Notes: generated by a model not told the origin, from the letters alone. A DNA stretch of 64,000 bases from a virus (IMGVR_UViG_3300030514_000001:1-64000), one strand, 5' to 3'; positions 8,965 through 18,782 are shown, counted from the first letter of the stretch. Numbers and translations: made by a program.

Positions 8965-11286
8965 ATGACATTAATTACAAAAGATAGAGGCACCTACACA
9001 CAGGAAATTAGATTCGTTCGAGAACGGTTTAATTACTTTGTAGATAGCATCTTAGAAGAAACAAACAATAAAGAAGCAATTGAACCATCAGATATTGAAG
9101 AAATTAAGAATGCCGTAATCAGTATGGTAGAAGCGAAGAAAGCAGTAGAAGCGGACAAGCTATTTACCTTCTTAATTCGAGAAACACAATCTCGTATTAA
9201 ACTATCGAACCTACCATTAGCTAATTTTGCATCTGCGGTATACTTACGACAGCTATACAAACAAGCTAGTAAACTACGTGGATTCGATTACAAAGAAGGA
9301 TACGGAGACTACGCTTCACACGTAACAGCAATGGTAGAACGTGGAAAGTATTCAGAAATTCTACTAGATGTCTACACACGAGAAGAGCTGCAAGAAGCAG
9401 GTAAGTTAATCAATAAAGATAGTGACCGTAAGTTTAGCTATAGCGGACTTCAAACTCTAACAAAAACATACTTAGCTAAGAATGATAAAGGACTAGTAAT
9501 GGAGCTTCCCCAAGAGCGATTCCTTACAGTAGCTTTATACCTAATGAGTATTGAGAAGAGAAAGAACCGTATGGAATATGTTAAGAAAGCATATTGGGCT
9601 TTATTCAACCACTATATCGGATTAGCAACACCAACACTTAAAAATGCGGGTGCGCCACATGGCTCGTTATCTTCTTGTCATATCTTAACAATGGATGACA
9701 CGATTGATAGTATCTTCGATGTAGCGAAACAAGTAGCTTTATTCTCGAAGAATGGTTCTGGTATTGGTATCTTCGCTGGATTCTTACGCGCTCGTGGTTC
9801 TCGTATCCGTGGAGTGAAAGTACAGAATAACGGTGTTATCCACCCAGCACGATTACTATCTGTATTAGCGGAGTATGTAGACCAGACAGGAACACGTAAA
9901 GCTGGTATTTCCGTTTACTTACCTGTATGGCATGCAGACATTAAAGACTTCTTGGAACTACGATTAAAAACAGGTTCACAAGAGAAGCGCGCTCATTCTA
10001 TTACAACAGCCGTAACTATCCCGGATGAGTTTATGAGACGATTACAAAACAAGGAATTGTTCACTATCTTTGACCCAACAGAGGTTAAGAAAAAACTAGG
10101 CGTAGACTTAAACATGCAATACGATAAGAAACGTCTACAAGATGGTGAAGAGCCTAATGAGAAAGACCATGCATTTACATACTGGTACCGCAAAGCAGAA
10201 GAACTAGACTTAGAGATTAAAGAAGTCGTAAAAGCTACTGACATCTACAAATCTATCTTCATTAGCCGTAAAACAGGCGGTACACCTTACATGTACTGGA
10301 GTGATACATCAGCACGTCAGAATCCAAATGGACACGTTGGTATGCCGTTCGCATCAAACTTATGTACAGAAATTATCCAGAATATGGAATACGATGAAAT
10401 CATCGAGAATGGTCTAGACGAGAATGGATATGTTGTACTAAAACTTAAAGGTGAAGGGTTAGTAACTTGCAACTTAAGTTCTCTAGTTGGTCACAATACA
10501 CACGACCTAGATGATGAGACATACCAAGAAGTAGTAGACATCCAGTTCCGTATGCTAGATAACGTAATCTCGATGGGACGACTATCGGTTCATCAGGCAA
10601 AACAAACCAACGACTTATATCGAGCTGTAGGTGCAGGATACTTAGGTATGGCAACACTGATGGCTGATAAAGGAATTAAGTGGGAATCAAATGAAGCGAC
10701 TGAGTTTATTGGAGAAGAGTTTAAACGCTACTTAAAAGCACAAATTAAAGCTTCTCATAAGTTATCTTTAGAAAAAGGTTCTTATCCACTGTATGAAGGC
10801 TCTGATTGGGCGACAGGAGAGTTCTTCGATAAGAGGGGTCTAGTTGGGTCTGAATGGGAAGAACTACGCTCTATGGCTGCGTTAGGTATGCGAAACGGGT
10901 ACAATGGTGCAGTTGCTCCAACAGCATCTAACAGTATCATCATGAATGGTTCACCATCTATGGATGCGTTATACGATGTAGCGTACACAGAAAATAAATC
11001 TGGTATGAACGTTCTAATTGTTCCACCGAACTACAATAACAAAACAAAATGGTTCTATAAATCTGGTTTCGAGATGGATGAGATGTGGTCTATCAATCAC
11101 GTAGCAGAAGCACAGAAATATGTTGACCAAGCGATTTCACATAACATGCACGTATCATCGAACATCAAAGGTTCAGAGCTATTACGACTGGACATGGCTG
11201 CATGGGATAAAGGAATGAAAACAATATACTATACTCATACAGAGGATAGAGAGAAACCAGAAGATTGCATTATGTGTGCAGGTTAA
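8965..11286 (+). CDS. nrdE: ribonucleotide reductase large subunit (class I, NrdE-like)
   Basis: 773 aa; active-site SNLCTEI motif; C-terminal redox pair CIMCAG; nrdF lies downstream. Confidence 0.9.
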   Translation: MTLITKDRGTYTQEIRFVRERFNYFVDSILEETNNKEAIEPSDIEEIKNAVISMVEAKKAVEADKLFTFLIRETQSRIKLSNLPLANFASAVYLRQLYKQASKLRGFDYKEGYGDYASHVTAMVERGKYSEILLDVYTREELQEAGKLINKDSDRKFSYSGLQTLTKTYLAKNDKGLVMELPQERFLTVALYLMSIEKRKNRMEYVKKAYWALFNHYIGLATPTLKNAGAPHGSLSSCHILTMDDTIDSIFDVAKQVALFSKNGSGIGIFAGFLRARGSRIRGVKVQNNGVIHPARLLSVLAEYVDQTGTRKAGISVYLPVWHADIKDFLELRLKTGSQEKRAHSITTAVTIPDEFMRRLQNKELFTIFDPTEVKKKLGVDLNMQYDKKRLQDGEEPNEKDHAFTYWYRKAEELDLEIKEVVKATDIYKSIFISRKTGGTPYMYWSDTSARQNPNGHVGMPFASNLCTEIIQNMEYDEIIENGLDENGYVVLKLKGEGLVTCNLSSLVGHNTHDLDDETYQEVVDIQFRMLDNVISMGRLSVHQAKQTNDLYRAVGAGYLGMATLMADKGIKWESNEATEFIGEEFKRYLKAQIKASHKLSLEKGSYPLYEGSDWATGEFFDKRGLVGSEWEELRSMAALGMRNGYNGAVAPTASNSIIMNGSPSMDALYDVAYTENKSGMNVLIVPPNYNNKTKWFYKSGFEMDEMWSINHVAEAQKYVDQAISHNMHVSSNIKGSELLRLDMAAWDKGMKTIYYTHTEDREKPEDCIMCAG

Positions 11287-11404
11287 TATGAAACACTTAC
11301 TAGTCTCTGTATACTTCTTTTTAGATGAGTTACATCATAGGTTTCATAAGTGGATGAGAGAGAAAGTATTTAAAGGTTGGTATTAAAAATCTAGTAAAAT
11401 CTAA

Positions 11405-11433
11405 TTGACAAAAAATACAGAATAGTGTATAGT
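11405..11433 (+). promoter_or_regulatory. sigma-A-type promoter (TTGACA-17-TATAGT)
   Basis: Consensus hexamers with a 17-bp spacer, downstream of nrdE. Confidence 0.55.
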
Positions 11434-11501
11434 ATTACTTGTAAGAGTGAGTCCTTTATAGTAATATCTTACACTATTTTTATTTATAAGGAGGAAAATG
11501 G

Positions 11502-11747
11502 TTGGAAGAGAAAGTAAAGTTGACAGGTAAGTTTATTGTATTAGAAGTTTTAAAGAAAACTAGTGCCAAAGGTTTCAAAGACGTAAAGGTAGACGATGTA
11601 CTTTATTTTGAATGGGACTTAGATGGACACTACAGAGGAGCGCCATATGTAGATTGCTATGTTCGCGGAGAATTTGTAGATAGTAAAAATGGGATGACAG
11701 TTAAAACTCTACTTCATGAGAACTTCTTAGTAGAGGAGACAAGCTAA
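11502..11747 (+). CDS. hypothetical protein
   Basis: TTG start after AAGGAGGAAAA; 81 aa. Confidence 0.45.
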   Translation: MEEKVKLTGKFIVLEVLKKTSAKGFKDVKVDDVLYFEWDLDGHYRGAPYVDCYVRGEFVDSKNGMTVKTLLHENFLVEETS

Positions 11748-11959
11748 TGGTACATAACAGAAAAGATGTAAAAGATGTTATAGAAGCATTAGAGGTTTCT
11801 GACCACTTGGATATTGTAAAGTACATAGATGTCTGGTCTAACGGTGTTACGATTCGTCGTTGGCAAGGACAAGGTAAAGGGAATAATAGAAGTCCAGAAA
11901 ATGGATATAAAAAGATGGTAGCTATTTTAGTAGAGGTAGAAGAAGAGGGTTTATTTTAA
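11747..11959 (+). CDS. hypothetical protein
   Basis: RBS GGAGACAAGC; 70 aa. Confidence 0.5.
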   Translation: MVHNRKDVKDVIEALEVSDHLDIVKYIDVWSNGVTIRRWQGQGKGNNRSPENGYKKMVAILVEVEEEGLF

Positions 11960-11980
11960 AACAAACTGAGGAGGAATAAT

Positions 11981-12388
11981 ATGTATTCATGGAACAATGA
12001 AGATTTTGAATTTGAAGAGTTAGTAGGTAAAACGTTTACACGTATTAAAAACGAAGGGTCGGACGAGCTAGTATTCTACGATACAGACGGAGAGATTTAT
12101 GTAATGTATCATCAACAAGACTGCTGCGAGTCTGTTTACATCGAAGATATTGATGGAGATTTAGACGATTTATTAAATAGTCCGATTTTAATGGCGGAAG
12201 CGGTATCAGAGTCAGGTAACGATACTGGTTATGGTACTTCGACTTGGACGTTCTACAAAATCGCAACAATCAAAGGCACAGTAACACTACGTTGGTTAGG
12301 TGAATCTAATGGTTACTATTCAGAATCAGTAGATTTCATCCGTTTAACAGATGAAGAGGACAAGCGTAGTTACCAAGAAAATAATTAA
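11981..12388 (+). CDS. hypothetical acidic protein
   Basis: RBS GAGGAGGAATAAT; 135 aa. Confidence 0.55.
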   Translation: MYSWNNEDFEFEELVGKTFTRIKNEGSDELVFYDTDGEIYVMYHQQDCCESVYIEDIDGDLDDLLNSPILMAEAVSESGNDTGYGTSTWTFYKIATIKGTVTLRWLGESNGYYSESVDFIRLTDEEDKRSYQENN

Positions 12389-12406
12389 AAAGGAGACAAG
12401 CTATAT

Positions 12407-13513
12407 ATGTTCAATAAAGTAACAACAGAAAAACCATTCCGCATCTATAATGCGATGCATCCTAATCGCGCTACTAAGTTATTCGGTGGCGTGGCTAGTG
12501 GGATTCGTAACTGGGATGACCAACTAGTAGATACATGGTTAGACTACCAGAAAGCTCTATTCGCGGAGTACTGGGTTCCAGAAGAAGTTAGAATGGGTAA
12601 AGACATCGAACAATACAAACAAGAATTAACACCAGCAGAACGAGTAACATACGAACGTGTATCAGGTGCATTAAATTGGCTAGACTCAATGGCTAGTGAT
12701 ATCGTAACAATGCTATTCATGTCTACATCAGACCCAGCATTACGAACACTATTAACAATCATTGCCTCATTCGAAACGATGCATAACGTGTCATATGAAC
12801 ACATGACATCGACTGTAATCGGTTTTGAAGAGAAGCAGAAAGAGTTCGCTAAAGTACGTGAGTTGCCGTTACTAGCAAAGCGTAATGATTTCATCTTAAA
12901 AGAGCTAGAAGAAATGGTAGACATGTTACGAGGTAAACTAGTGCAAGGTAGTGCCATCACATTTACAGAGGATGAAATTACAATTCTATTTAAAGGCTTA
13001 GTAGCTTACCAGATTCTAGAAGGTGAATACTTCTCTGGTGGATTCGTATACTTCCACTCATTAGCTCGTGACAATAAGATGATTGAGTCCAACAACCTAA
13101 TCAACTTAATCAAAGCAGATGAGAACCAGCACTCTGAAATCTTTGGATTAATCATTAAAGTGTTAGTAACAGAGAATCCGCATTTAAACAACCCTGAGTT
13201 AATGGATTGGGCTATGAACTACATTCGTAAAGCAGTAGAGCTAGAGAAAGAGTGGACAGCTTGGTTGTATCAAGATATCGATACATTATCAGTTGCAGAG
13301 TATCACGATTACGCTGAGTACCTAGCTAACTTAATTTGCCGTAATGCTGGATTAAAAGAACCATTCCCTAGCAATACAGAGCTTAAGTCTAAATGGATTG
13401 TTACATACGGTAGTAAGTCTAAAGGTTCTGGAGAAATCGCCCCTAAATCAGACTTCTTACAAGGAAATGCAATTAACTACAAACACGAGGATGGGGACGA
13501 CTTTGACCTCTAA
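12407..13513 (+). CDS. nrdF: ribonucleotide reductase small subunit (ferritin-like, NrdF)
   Basis: 368 aa; ferritin-like di-iron E..H motifs (SFETMHNVSYEHM, ENQHSEIFG); adjacent to nrdE. Confidence 0.85.
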   Translation: MFNKVTTEKPFRIYNAMHPNRATKLFGGVASGIRNWDDQLVDTWLDYQKALFAEYWVPEEVRMGKDIEQYKQELTPAERVTYERVSGALNWLDSMASDIVTMLFMSTSDPALRTLLTIIASFETMHNVSYEHMTSTVIGFEEKQKEFAKVRELPLLAKRNDFILKELEEMVDMLRGKLVQGSAITFTEDEITILFKGLVAYQILEGEYFSGGFVYFHSLARDNKMIESNNLINLIKADENQHSEIFGLIIKVLVTENPHLNNPELMDWAMNYIRKAVELEKEWTAWLYQDIDTLSVAEYHDYAEYLANLICRNAGLKEPFPSNTELKSKWIVTYGSKSKGSGEIAPKSDFLQGNAINYKHEDGDDFDL

Positions 13514-13526
13514 AAAGAAAGCAACC

Positions 13527-13961
13527 ATGTTTGTATATTCTAGGAAGGGGAATACCACAGGTATTCTCGAACTCCTAGATGAGAGTTATTTTGAGTACAT
13601 ATTTGAAGTGGATAACAAAACAATTCCAGCAGAAGTAGAACGAGCATTTTCCGACAGTGACGTACTTTTCATAGGGGTTCCTACTTATTTCCCTACATAC
13701 CAGAAAGAACCTAACTACCCGGCTTATTTACATGCTTTTGAGTATGTAATCAAACACCTAGAAGGTAAAGAGATTGTAGTATTCGGTAGTGGTAGAAGTG
13801 AGTACGAGCTATTCTGTGGAGCTGTAGACTATTTAGGTGACTATCTAAGTGTAAAGAATAAAGTACATAAGTTTAAGTTCGAGGGATTCCCAAAAGTCTC
13901 TGAACAAAAATACTTTAAATGGATGGTGAACGAACTTTTATATGGAAGACAATATATTTGA
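13527..13961 (+). CDS. nrdI: NrdI-like flavodoxin
   Basis: N-terminal VYSRKGNTTG flavodoxin/NrdI phosphate-loop-like motif; sits directly after nrdF; the start is uncertain (the track ORF began at 13398 inside nrdF). Confidence 0.5.
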   Translation: MFVYSRKGNTTGILELLDESYFEYIFEVDNKTIPAEVERAFSDSDVLFIGVPTYFPTYQKEPNYPAYLHAFEYVIKHLEGKEIVVFGSGRSEYELFCGAVDYLGDYLSVKNKVHKFKFEGFPKVSEQKYFKWMVNELLYGRQYI

Positions 13962-14244
13962 TAAAGCGTATATCCAGTCACTAGGGGTTAGTATGGCTCG
14001 AACGATTCTAGAGAAATTGGAGCCGTTCGAGGGAATGACACCAGAAGAACGAGAAGACCACAACACCAAGATGTACCTAGAGCTATACTTCGATTTCTTC
14101 AAAGATGTTTATGGAGAGAATCCGAAGTACGATTACACGAGAGATGGTAATACAATAAATGTAACATTGTACCCAGACTTCTCGTTAGAATCTATCGACG
14201 TATATGTAAAATTAAAGGAGAATGAAGATGAAGAAATTAGTTAA
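13942..14244 (+). CDS. hypothetical protein
   Basis: 100-aa ORF, weak RBS; alternative ATG at 13993. Confidence 0.4.
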   Translation: MEDNIFDKAYIQSLGVSMARTILEKLEPFEGMTPEEREDHNTKMYLELYFDFFKDVYGENPKYDYTRDGNTINVTLYPDFSLESIDVYVKLKENEDEEIS

Positions 14245-14497
14245 ATTTGAACAGCCGGGTTGCACTCCTTGTGCAATGGTAAGCAATTATTTAAAAGAAG
14301 AGTTAAATGTACCACATGAAGCTGTAGACGTTACAGTACATCCAGAGTTCGCAGCGCATTACGAACTAGCTTCTGTTCCAACAGTACTACTATTAGAAGT
14401 AGAAAAGCAGGAAGACGTAATCGGAGAAGAATTAGGACGCTCTATTAAATTCAACCCAGAAGAACTAGATGAATTAGCAGAGAAGTTGCGTAGTTAA
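14222..14497 (+). CDS. thioredoxin-fold redoxin (NrdH/glutaredoxin-like)
   Basis: N-terminal FEQPGCTPCAMV CxxC motif, about 90 aa, within the nrd cluster. Confidence 0.65.
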   Translation: MKMKKLVKFEQPGCTPCAMVSNYLKEELNVPHEAVDVTVHPEFAAHYELASVPTVLLLEVEKQEDVIGEELGRSIKFNPEELDELAEKLRS

Positions 14498-14498
14498 T

Positions 14499-14795
14499 AT
14501 GTACACCTTAAGTAGCATAGCTGACACAGTTATGAAAGAGTTTAATGTTAAATACATAAGTGTTATAGAAGACGGGTTTAAGATAACATTCCGCTTCAAG
14601 AGAAGAGATTATAAAAAGATTACAGATGAAAAGATTACGAAATTTGAATACAAATGTAGACCGATGGGGGTTTGCTTTGCATATGAGGAGGAAAGTAGAT
14701 GGAATGTAATAACAAGTACTGCGTTTGGAACATGTTTGACCAATGTTGCCCGGACAGTGAAGAGCGGTTTAATGAAGCTACTCCGAATGAACTAG
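14499..14795 (+). CDS. hypothetical protein
   Basis: 98 aa; its 3' end overlaps a well-supported start at 14699, so its length is uncertain. Confidence 0.4.
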   Translation: MYTLSSIADTVMKEFNVKYISVIEDGFKITFRFKRRDYKKITDEKITKFEYKCRPMGVCFAYEEESRWNVITSTAFGTCLTNVARTVKSGLMKLLRMN

Positions 14796-15184
14796 ATTGT
14801 CCATCATCATTGCGAGAGGACTTACAGGAAGGACTTTACATAACGCGAGATGAGATTTTAGATGCTGTTGATAATTTAGGTGAACATTCTAGAGTCTATT
14901 TTCTAAACCACATTCTAAGCCAAAGAGATGAAGGAATAAATTTAGAAGAGGCTTTACAGGCATTAACACCAAAAACTCTAATTTATATGATGTTAGACAG
15001 AAGAAATTTACGAGAGTTACTAGAACTAAAACGGAGTGTTAACCTTCTTGGAATTAAACGTCCGTGGCACATTACTATCCTACCTGATGATGACTCTAAC
15101 CTTAAGAGTGTATCTGGCGCACGACCTAGCTTAAGCGAAATAACAGAGGAGGACATGCAGAAATGGAAATCAAAACAAAAGTAG
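14699..15184 (+). CDS. hypothetical Cys-containing protein
   Basis: ATG 7 nt after GAGGAGGA; 161 aa. Confidence 0.5.
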   Translation: MECNNKYCVWNMFDQCCPDSEERFNEATPNELDCPSSLREDLQEGLYITRDEILDAVDNLGEHSRVYFLNHILSQRDEGINLEEALQALTPKTLIYMMLDRRNLRELLELKRSVNLLGIKRPWHITILPDDDSNLKSVSGARPSLSEITEEDMQKWKSKQK

Positions 15185-15381
15185 ACGGAGACTTGTTTAT
15201 CTGTTACTGTGATGATGCAGGAGCCGAGTTCAACATCTATATTGACATTAATACAGCGAAAGTAGATTCAGTAGGTGTAGGTGACCTAACAATAGCGAAT
15301 CTAATAGCTGCAACAAAGAAAGCTAAGAAACTATTTGTAAACTATCTTATCGATACAAAGAGCGAGAGCTTTTTCGATTAA
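15163..15381 (+). CDS. hypothetical protein
   Basis: RBS AGAGGAGGAC; 72 aa. Confidence 0.5.
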   Translation: MEIKTKVDGDLFICYCDDAGAEFNIYIDINTAKVDSVGVGDLTIANLIAATKKAKKLFVNYLIDTKSESFFD

Positions 15382-15396
15382 TATAAAACCACACTA

Positions 15397-15428
15397 AGTA
15401 GAGGAGCATTTAGCCTCTACTTTTTTGT
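15397..15428 (+). terminator. rho-independent terminator
   Basis: GTAGAGG...CCTCTAC stem plus T6. Confidence 0.65.
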
Positions 15429-15440
15429 TTATGGTATAAT
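15411..15440 (+). promoter_or_regulatory. extended -10 promoter (TGgTATAAT)
   Basis: TGGTATAAT immediately after a terminator; no clear -35. Confidence 0.4.
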
Positions 15441-15476
15441 TAAGATAGAGGAAATAAAATATAAGGAGTTAAATAA

Positions 15477-16235
15477 ATGTCTAGAAAAAGAATTTTGAAT
15501 GTTTACAATACTGACCGCTCTAAAAATGTAAACTTAACAACAGTACAAGCCGAGGGAGACGCAATTAAAGTCACACGATTAAACGAAGAAGAGTTAGAAT
15601 CTGCTATGGAAAAACTGGAAAGCCAATCAGAACTATTCCCAGTACGCGACGACAATAAGTATCTAGTATTTAAACAGAAGTACGGAAATGACACATTACA
15701 AGATAAGATTTTTAAACACGGCGGATTCGTACAATACTATAGCGCAGGTAGAGCGCCTGTACCTGTTATTACTTCTCTAGCGCAAGTACCACAATCAGAA
15801 ATCATTTACGCTTGTCAAAAGGAGCATACATTAGAAGATGTAAAGAATGTGCAGCTATCATCAATGGCGACTAGTGTTGTAATCGATGTACCAATTGTGT
15901 TACCGGATATCAATGTATACGACTACCTATTCTCTTTATATCCATTACGTTACCATGTAGATAAGGTTCGTGTATCATTTCCTGCATTAGCGAAAGAGGA
16001 GATTCAAGCACGTCATAAGAAGTACTATAGACTTCGTAACGGTAAGTATTACATGAAGCCGGAATACAAGTACGAATGCTTCTGTCATCTTCAAGACCCA
16101 CTATCGACATGGAAGATGAATATCTGGTTAGTATGTGACGACGAGAAAGATAAAAAGAAAGTAGATGAACTAATAGAGAAAGATAATAAGAAGTTTAAAT
16201 ATACAAACCATGTGTCGCTCATGGAGGGTTGCTAA
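15477..16235 (+). CDS. hypothetical protein
   Basis: RBS TAAGGAG; 252 aa; follows a terminator and an extended -10 promoter. Confidence 0.55.
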   Translation: MSRKRILNVYNTDRSKNVNLTTVQAEGDAIKVTRLNEEELESAMEKLESQSELFPVRDDNKYLVFKQKYGNDTLQDKIFKHGGFVQYYSAGRAPVPVITSLAQVPQSEIIYACQKEHTLEDVKNVQLSSMATSVVIDVPIVLPDINVYDYLFSLYPLRYHVDKVRVSFPALAKEEIQARHKKYYRLRNGKYYMKPEYKYECFCHLQDPLSTWKMNIWLVCDDEKDKKKVDELIEKDNKKFKYTNHVSLMEGC

Positions 16236-16546
16236 TGGATAAGTTAGTAAACCGGGAAGAGATTGCTAGACGTGTAGCGATTAGAGGAGGTTACACGAAA
16301 GGTGAAATGGAGGAAGTTATCAAAACGATAGAAGATGTTATCGAAGAAGCGATAACGGATGGCGATGTCGTTAAGTTTGGGAAGCTCTACAAGCTCTTCC
16401 TGCACGATTTACCCTATAAGAAGTGTTGGGATAACCTTAACCAAAGATACGTAGACAGACACGCTAAGAGAGTCCCTAAATTCGAACTATTATCGCGGTT
16501 AAAGAAAATAGAGATTCCTATTAAAAAGGAGGAACAGAATGATTAG
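16235..16546 (+). CDS. HU/IHF-family DNA-binding protein (TF1-like)
   Basis: About 103 aa; N-terminal helix, GDVVKFGKL beta-arm region and the spacing typical of HU; TAATG overlap with the upstream gene. Confidence 0.55.
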   Translation: MDKLVNREEIARRVAIRGGYTKGEMEEVIKTIEDVIEEAITDGDVVKFGKLYKLFLHDLPYKKCWDNLNQRYVDRHAKRVPKFELLSRLKKIEIPIKKEEQND

Positions 16547-16709
16547 CTGTGCATGCCTCTGTCCCCGGTGTAAACACAACTTAACTAGAAATGGTAGTTT
16601 TAAATCTGATACTGACGAAGGTGTGAGATATACGTGTACGACCTGTGGTTTAAATACCTTATGGTACTTCGATGCACCCGTTCCGATACTAGTAAAAGAA
16701 GAGAAATAA
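16539..16709 (+). CDS. small zinc-ribbon protein
   Basis: 56 aa, CPRC...CTTC; ATG overlaps the upstream stop; not in the ORF track (under 60 aa). Confidence 0.4.
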   Translation: MISCACLCPRCKHNLTRNGSFKSDTDEGVRYTCTTCGLNTLWYFDAPVPILVKEEK

Positions 16710-16730
16710 AAAATCTCTTCTTTTTTTATT
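16698..16730 (+). terminator. rho-independent terminator
   Basis: GAAGAGA...TCTCTTC stem plus T7. Confidence 0.65.
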
Positions 16731-16737
16731 TTTATTG

Positions 16738-16766
16738 TTGACTTTTAGAATAGTAGAGTGTAATAT
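16738..16766 (+). promoter_or_regulatory. sigma-A-type promoter (TTGACT-17-TAATAT)
   Basis: Consensus hexamers with a 17-bp spacer, after a terminator. Confidence 0.6.
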
Positions 16767-16807
16767 AAAGACATAAGATAACAACACAAAAACAAGGAGG
16801 TGCAAAA

Positions 16808-17128
16808 ATGAAGCAATTCGAATACAAATTCGTAGAACCGGGTTTCAAAACATTCTTCAAAAGGGGCGATGACCGACTAACAGAAGAATACGGAAAACAA
16901 GGATGGGAATTTGTTACGGTAGCTGGAGGTAAGTTGGTTTTCCAAAGGGAGATTGTAGAAGATGAAGTGTTTATAACTATCATCGAGAATCCGTTTGGTA
17001 ATGATGCAATAGTAGGAGTACATAGAAACAAAGGAGACGCAATCAGTAGGATGGAATCGAAAGATAACATATGTAAAGAGGAAGATTTCCCTTATAGTCA
17101 CAGGGTAGAAAGATATGATGTAAAATAA
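16808..17128 (+). CDS. hypothetical protein
   Basis: RBS CAAGGAGGTG; follows an early-type promoter. Confidence 0.55.
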   Translation: MKQFEYKFVEPGFKTFFKRGDDRLTEEYGKQGWEFVTVAGGKLVFQREIVEDEVFITIIENPFGNDAIVGVHRNKGDAISRMESKDNICKEEDFPYSHRVERYDVK

Positions 17129-17141
17129 GAGGAGGTTCAGA

Positions 17142-17384
17142 ATGGCTAAAGTACATAAAGTAACATTATACATTGTAGACGCTAATGGTGATTACGATTG
17201 GCATAGCAATGAAGGTATGATAAATGAAGTTGAAGATTGTTTGGATACAAAGATGGATGTAATGACTCGTGTAACATCTGTACAGTCATCAGAGGAGTTT
17301 TACTGGGATGACGACTTAGCAGTAAACAAAACAAACGCAACAGCAAAATATTTCGAAGACCAGCTTAAAAAGGAGGATGAATAA
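17142..17384 (+). CDS. hypothetical acidic protein
   Basis: RBS AGAGGAGG. Confidence 0.55.
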   Translation: MAKVHKVTLYIVDANGDYDWHSNEGMINEVEDCLDTKMDVMTRVTSVQSSEEFYWDDDLAVNKTNATAKYFEDQLKKEDE

Positions 17385-17773
17385 TGAAAAAAGTAAGTAT
17401 TAATTTAACTTTAGAGGATAACGACTTATTTGAAAAGAGTATCAAGGATGCACTAATTTCTCAAGCGAAACAAATTTCTAGAGAAGAAATCGATAAAGCT
17501 CTAGCGTATGAAATACAAAGAGTGACGACAGCTAGAATTAACGAATTAAAGAACGGAAGTTATTGGAGCTACACACAATCAGAAATCACAAAAAATATCG
17601 CAAAACGATTAGAAAAAGAAATAAAAATCGATAAAGACGCACTAACGGCTCTTCTAGAGGAAAAAGTAAATAAGTATTTAGACGACAAAATCCATCAGTT
17701 CGGTGGAATAGACAAGTATGTGCAAAACTATATCAACAATGCTATCGCTGATTTATTAACAAATAAACGGTAG
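17384..17773 (+). CDS. hypothetical protein
   Basis: RBS AAAAAGGAGGA. Confidence 0.55.
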   Translation: MKKVSINLTLEDNDLFEKSIKDALISQAKQISREEIDKALAYEIQRVTTARINELKNGSYWSYTQSEITKNIAKRLEKEIKIDKDALTALLEEKVNKYLDDKIHQFGGIDKYVQNYINNAIADLLTNKR

Positions 17774-17793
17774 ATTTTAGAGGAGGGAGAATA

Positions 17794-17928
17794 ATGTACT
17801 CTCTATTAGTAGGAATTATAATGTTATTAATCTTATTAGCTGGTCTTTGGGCGTTAGCAGGTAAGAAAGGTATTTTCGAATACATTGGCGGTTTAGTAGA
17901 AAAATTTATTAATCTATTTAAAAATTAG
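17794..17928 (+). CDS. small hydrophobic membrane peptide
   Basis: 44 aa, single TM, RBS AGAGGAGGGAGA; immediately upstream of the SPFH gene. Confidence 0.4.
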   Translation: MYSLLVGIIMLLILLAGLWALAGKKGIFEYIGGLVEKFINLFKN

Positions 17929-17940
17929 GAGGAAAATAAT

Positions 17941-18768
17941 ATGAATTTATCAAAAAGCAAATGGAATATGAAAAAGGTAGTAGGAGCATCAGTATTAGGA
18001 GCAATGATTTTAGGTGGCGGTATTTTTACTGCGATGAGTGTTACAAGTATTGAACAAGGTCATGTAGGCGTAGTTTACAACCGTGGATATGGTATCGAGA
18101 AAGAAACATTAGGTCAAGGTTGGCATTGGGTGGCACCGTGGAAACGAGTAACTGCATACCCGATTTCTACAGCAACAGTAAAAGTGGACAAGTTCAATGT
18201 ACAAACGAAAGATGGTAAACCATTAACAGTTAGCTTATCTTACGACTATGCAAACGATGTGGACAAGTTACCAGCAATCTACAATAAATTTAAAGGACAA
18301 GCTCCTGATGTAACAGAGAATGGTTGGTTACAAACTCGTATTAAGAAAGCTACATTAAATGTATTCTCTAACTATTCAGTACTAGAAGTTTTTCAACATC
18401 AAGGAGACATCAACGCTAAGATTGAAAAAGAGTTTAAATCAATGGTAACTAATACAGGATTCCTAGTTGACTCTGTAACGTTAGAAGCACCTAAACCGGA
18501 TGCAAATACAGCTAAAGCGATTCAAGGCGTAGTAGATGCTCAACAGAACTTAGAGAAAGCAGAAATCGAGAAGAAACAAGCTAAAATTACTGCTGATAAG
18601 TTAATCGAAGAGGCGCGCGGTAAAGCCGAAGCTAACCGTGTAGTTCAAGAATCTTTAACACCAGAACTTCTTGAATCGAAGAAAATTGAGAAATGGAATG
18701 GAGAGCTTTCAAAAGTACAAGGTAGCGGAGGTAACATGCTACAACTACCTTCTGACATCTTAAAATAA
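17941..18768 (+). CDS. SPFH/band-7 (prohibitin/HflK-like) membrane protein
   Basis: N-terminal TM, then a band-7 core (IEQGHVGVVYNRGYG...), then a C-terminal coiled coil. Confidence 0.75.
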   Translation: MNLSKSKWNMKKVVGASVLGAMILGGGIFTAMSVTSIEQGHVGVVYNRGYGIEKETLGQGWHWVAPWKRVTAYPISTATVKVDKFNVQTKDGKPLTVSLSYDYANDVDKLPAIYNKFKGQAPDVTENGWLQTRIKKATLNVFSNYSVLEVFQHQGDINAKIEKEFKSMVTNTGFLVDSVTLEAPKPDANTAKAIQGVVDAQQNLEKAEIEKKQAKITADKLIEEARGKAEANRVVQESLTPELLESKKIEKWNGELSKVQGSGGNMLQLPSDILK

Positions 18769-18782
18769 TCTAGTATAACATA

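Noticed and set aside
14499-14795. Full-length 98-aa ORF overlapping the next gene by 97 nt
   Set aside because: Kept at low confidence. The downstream ATG at 14699 has a perfect AGGAGG RBS, so the 3' part of this ORF may be non-coding read-through, but there is no positive evidence to discard it.
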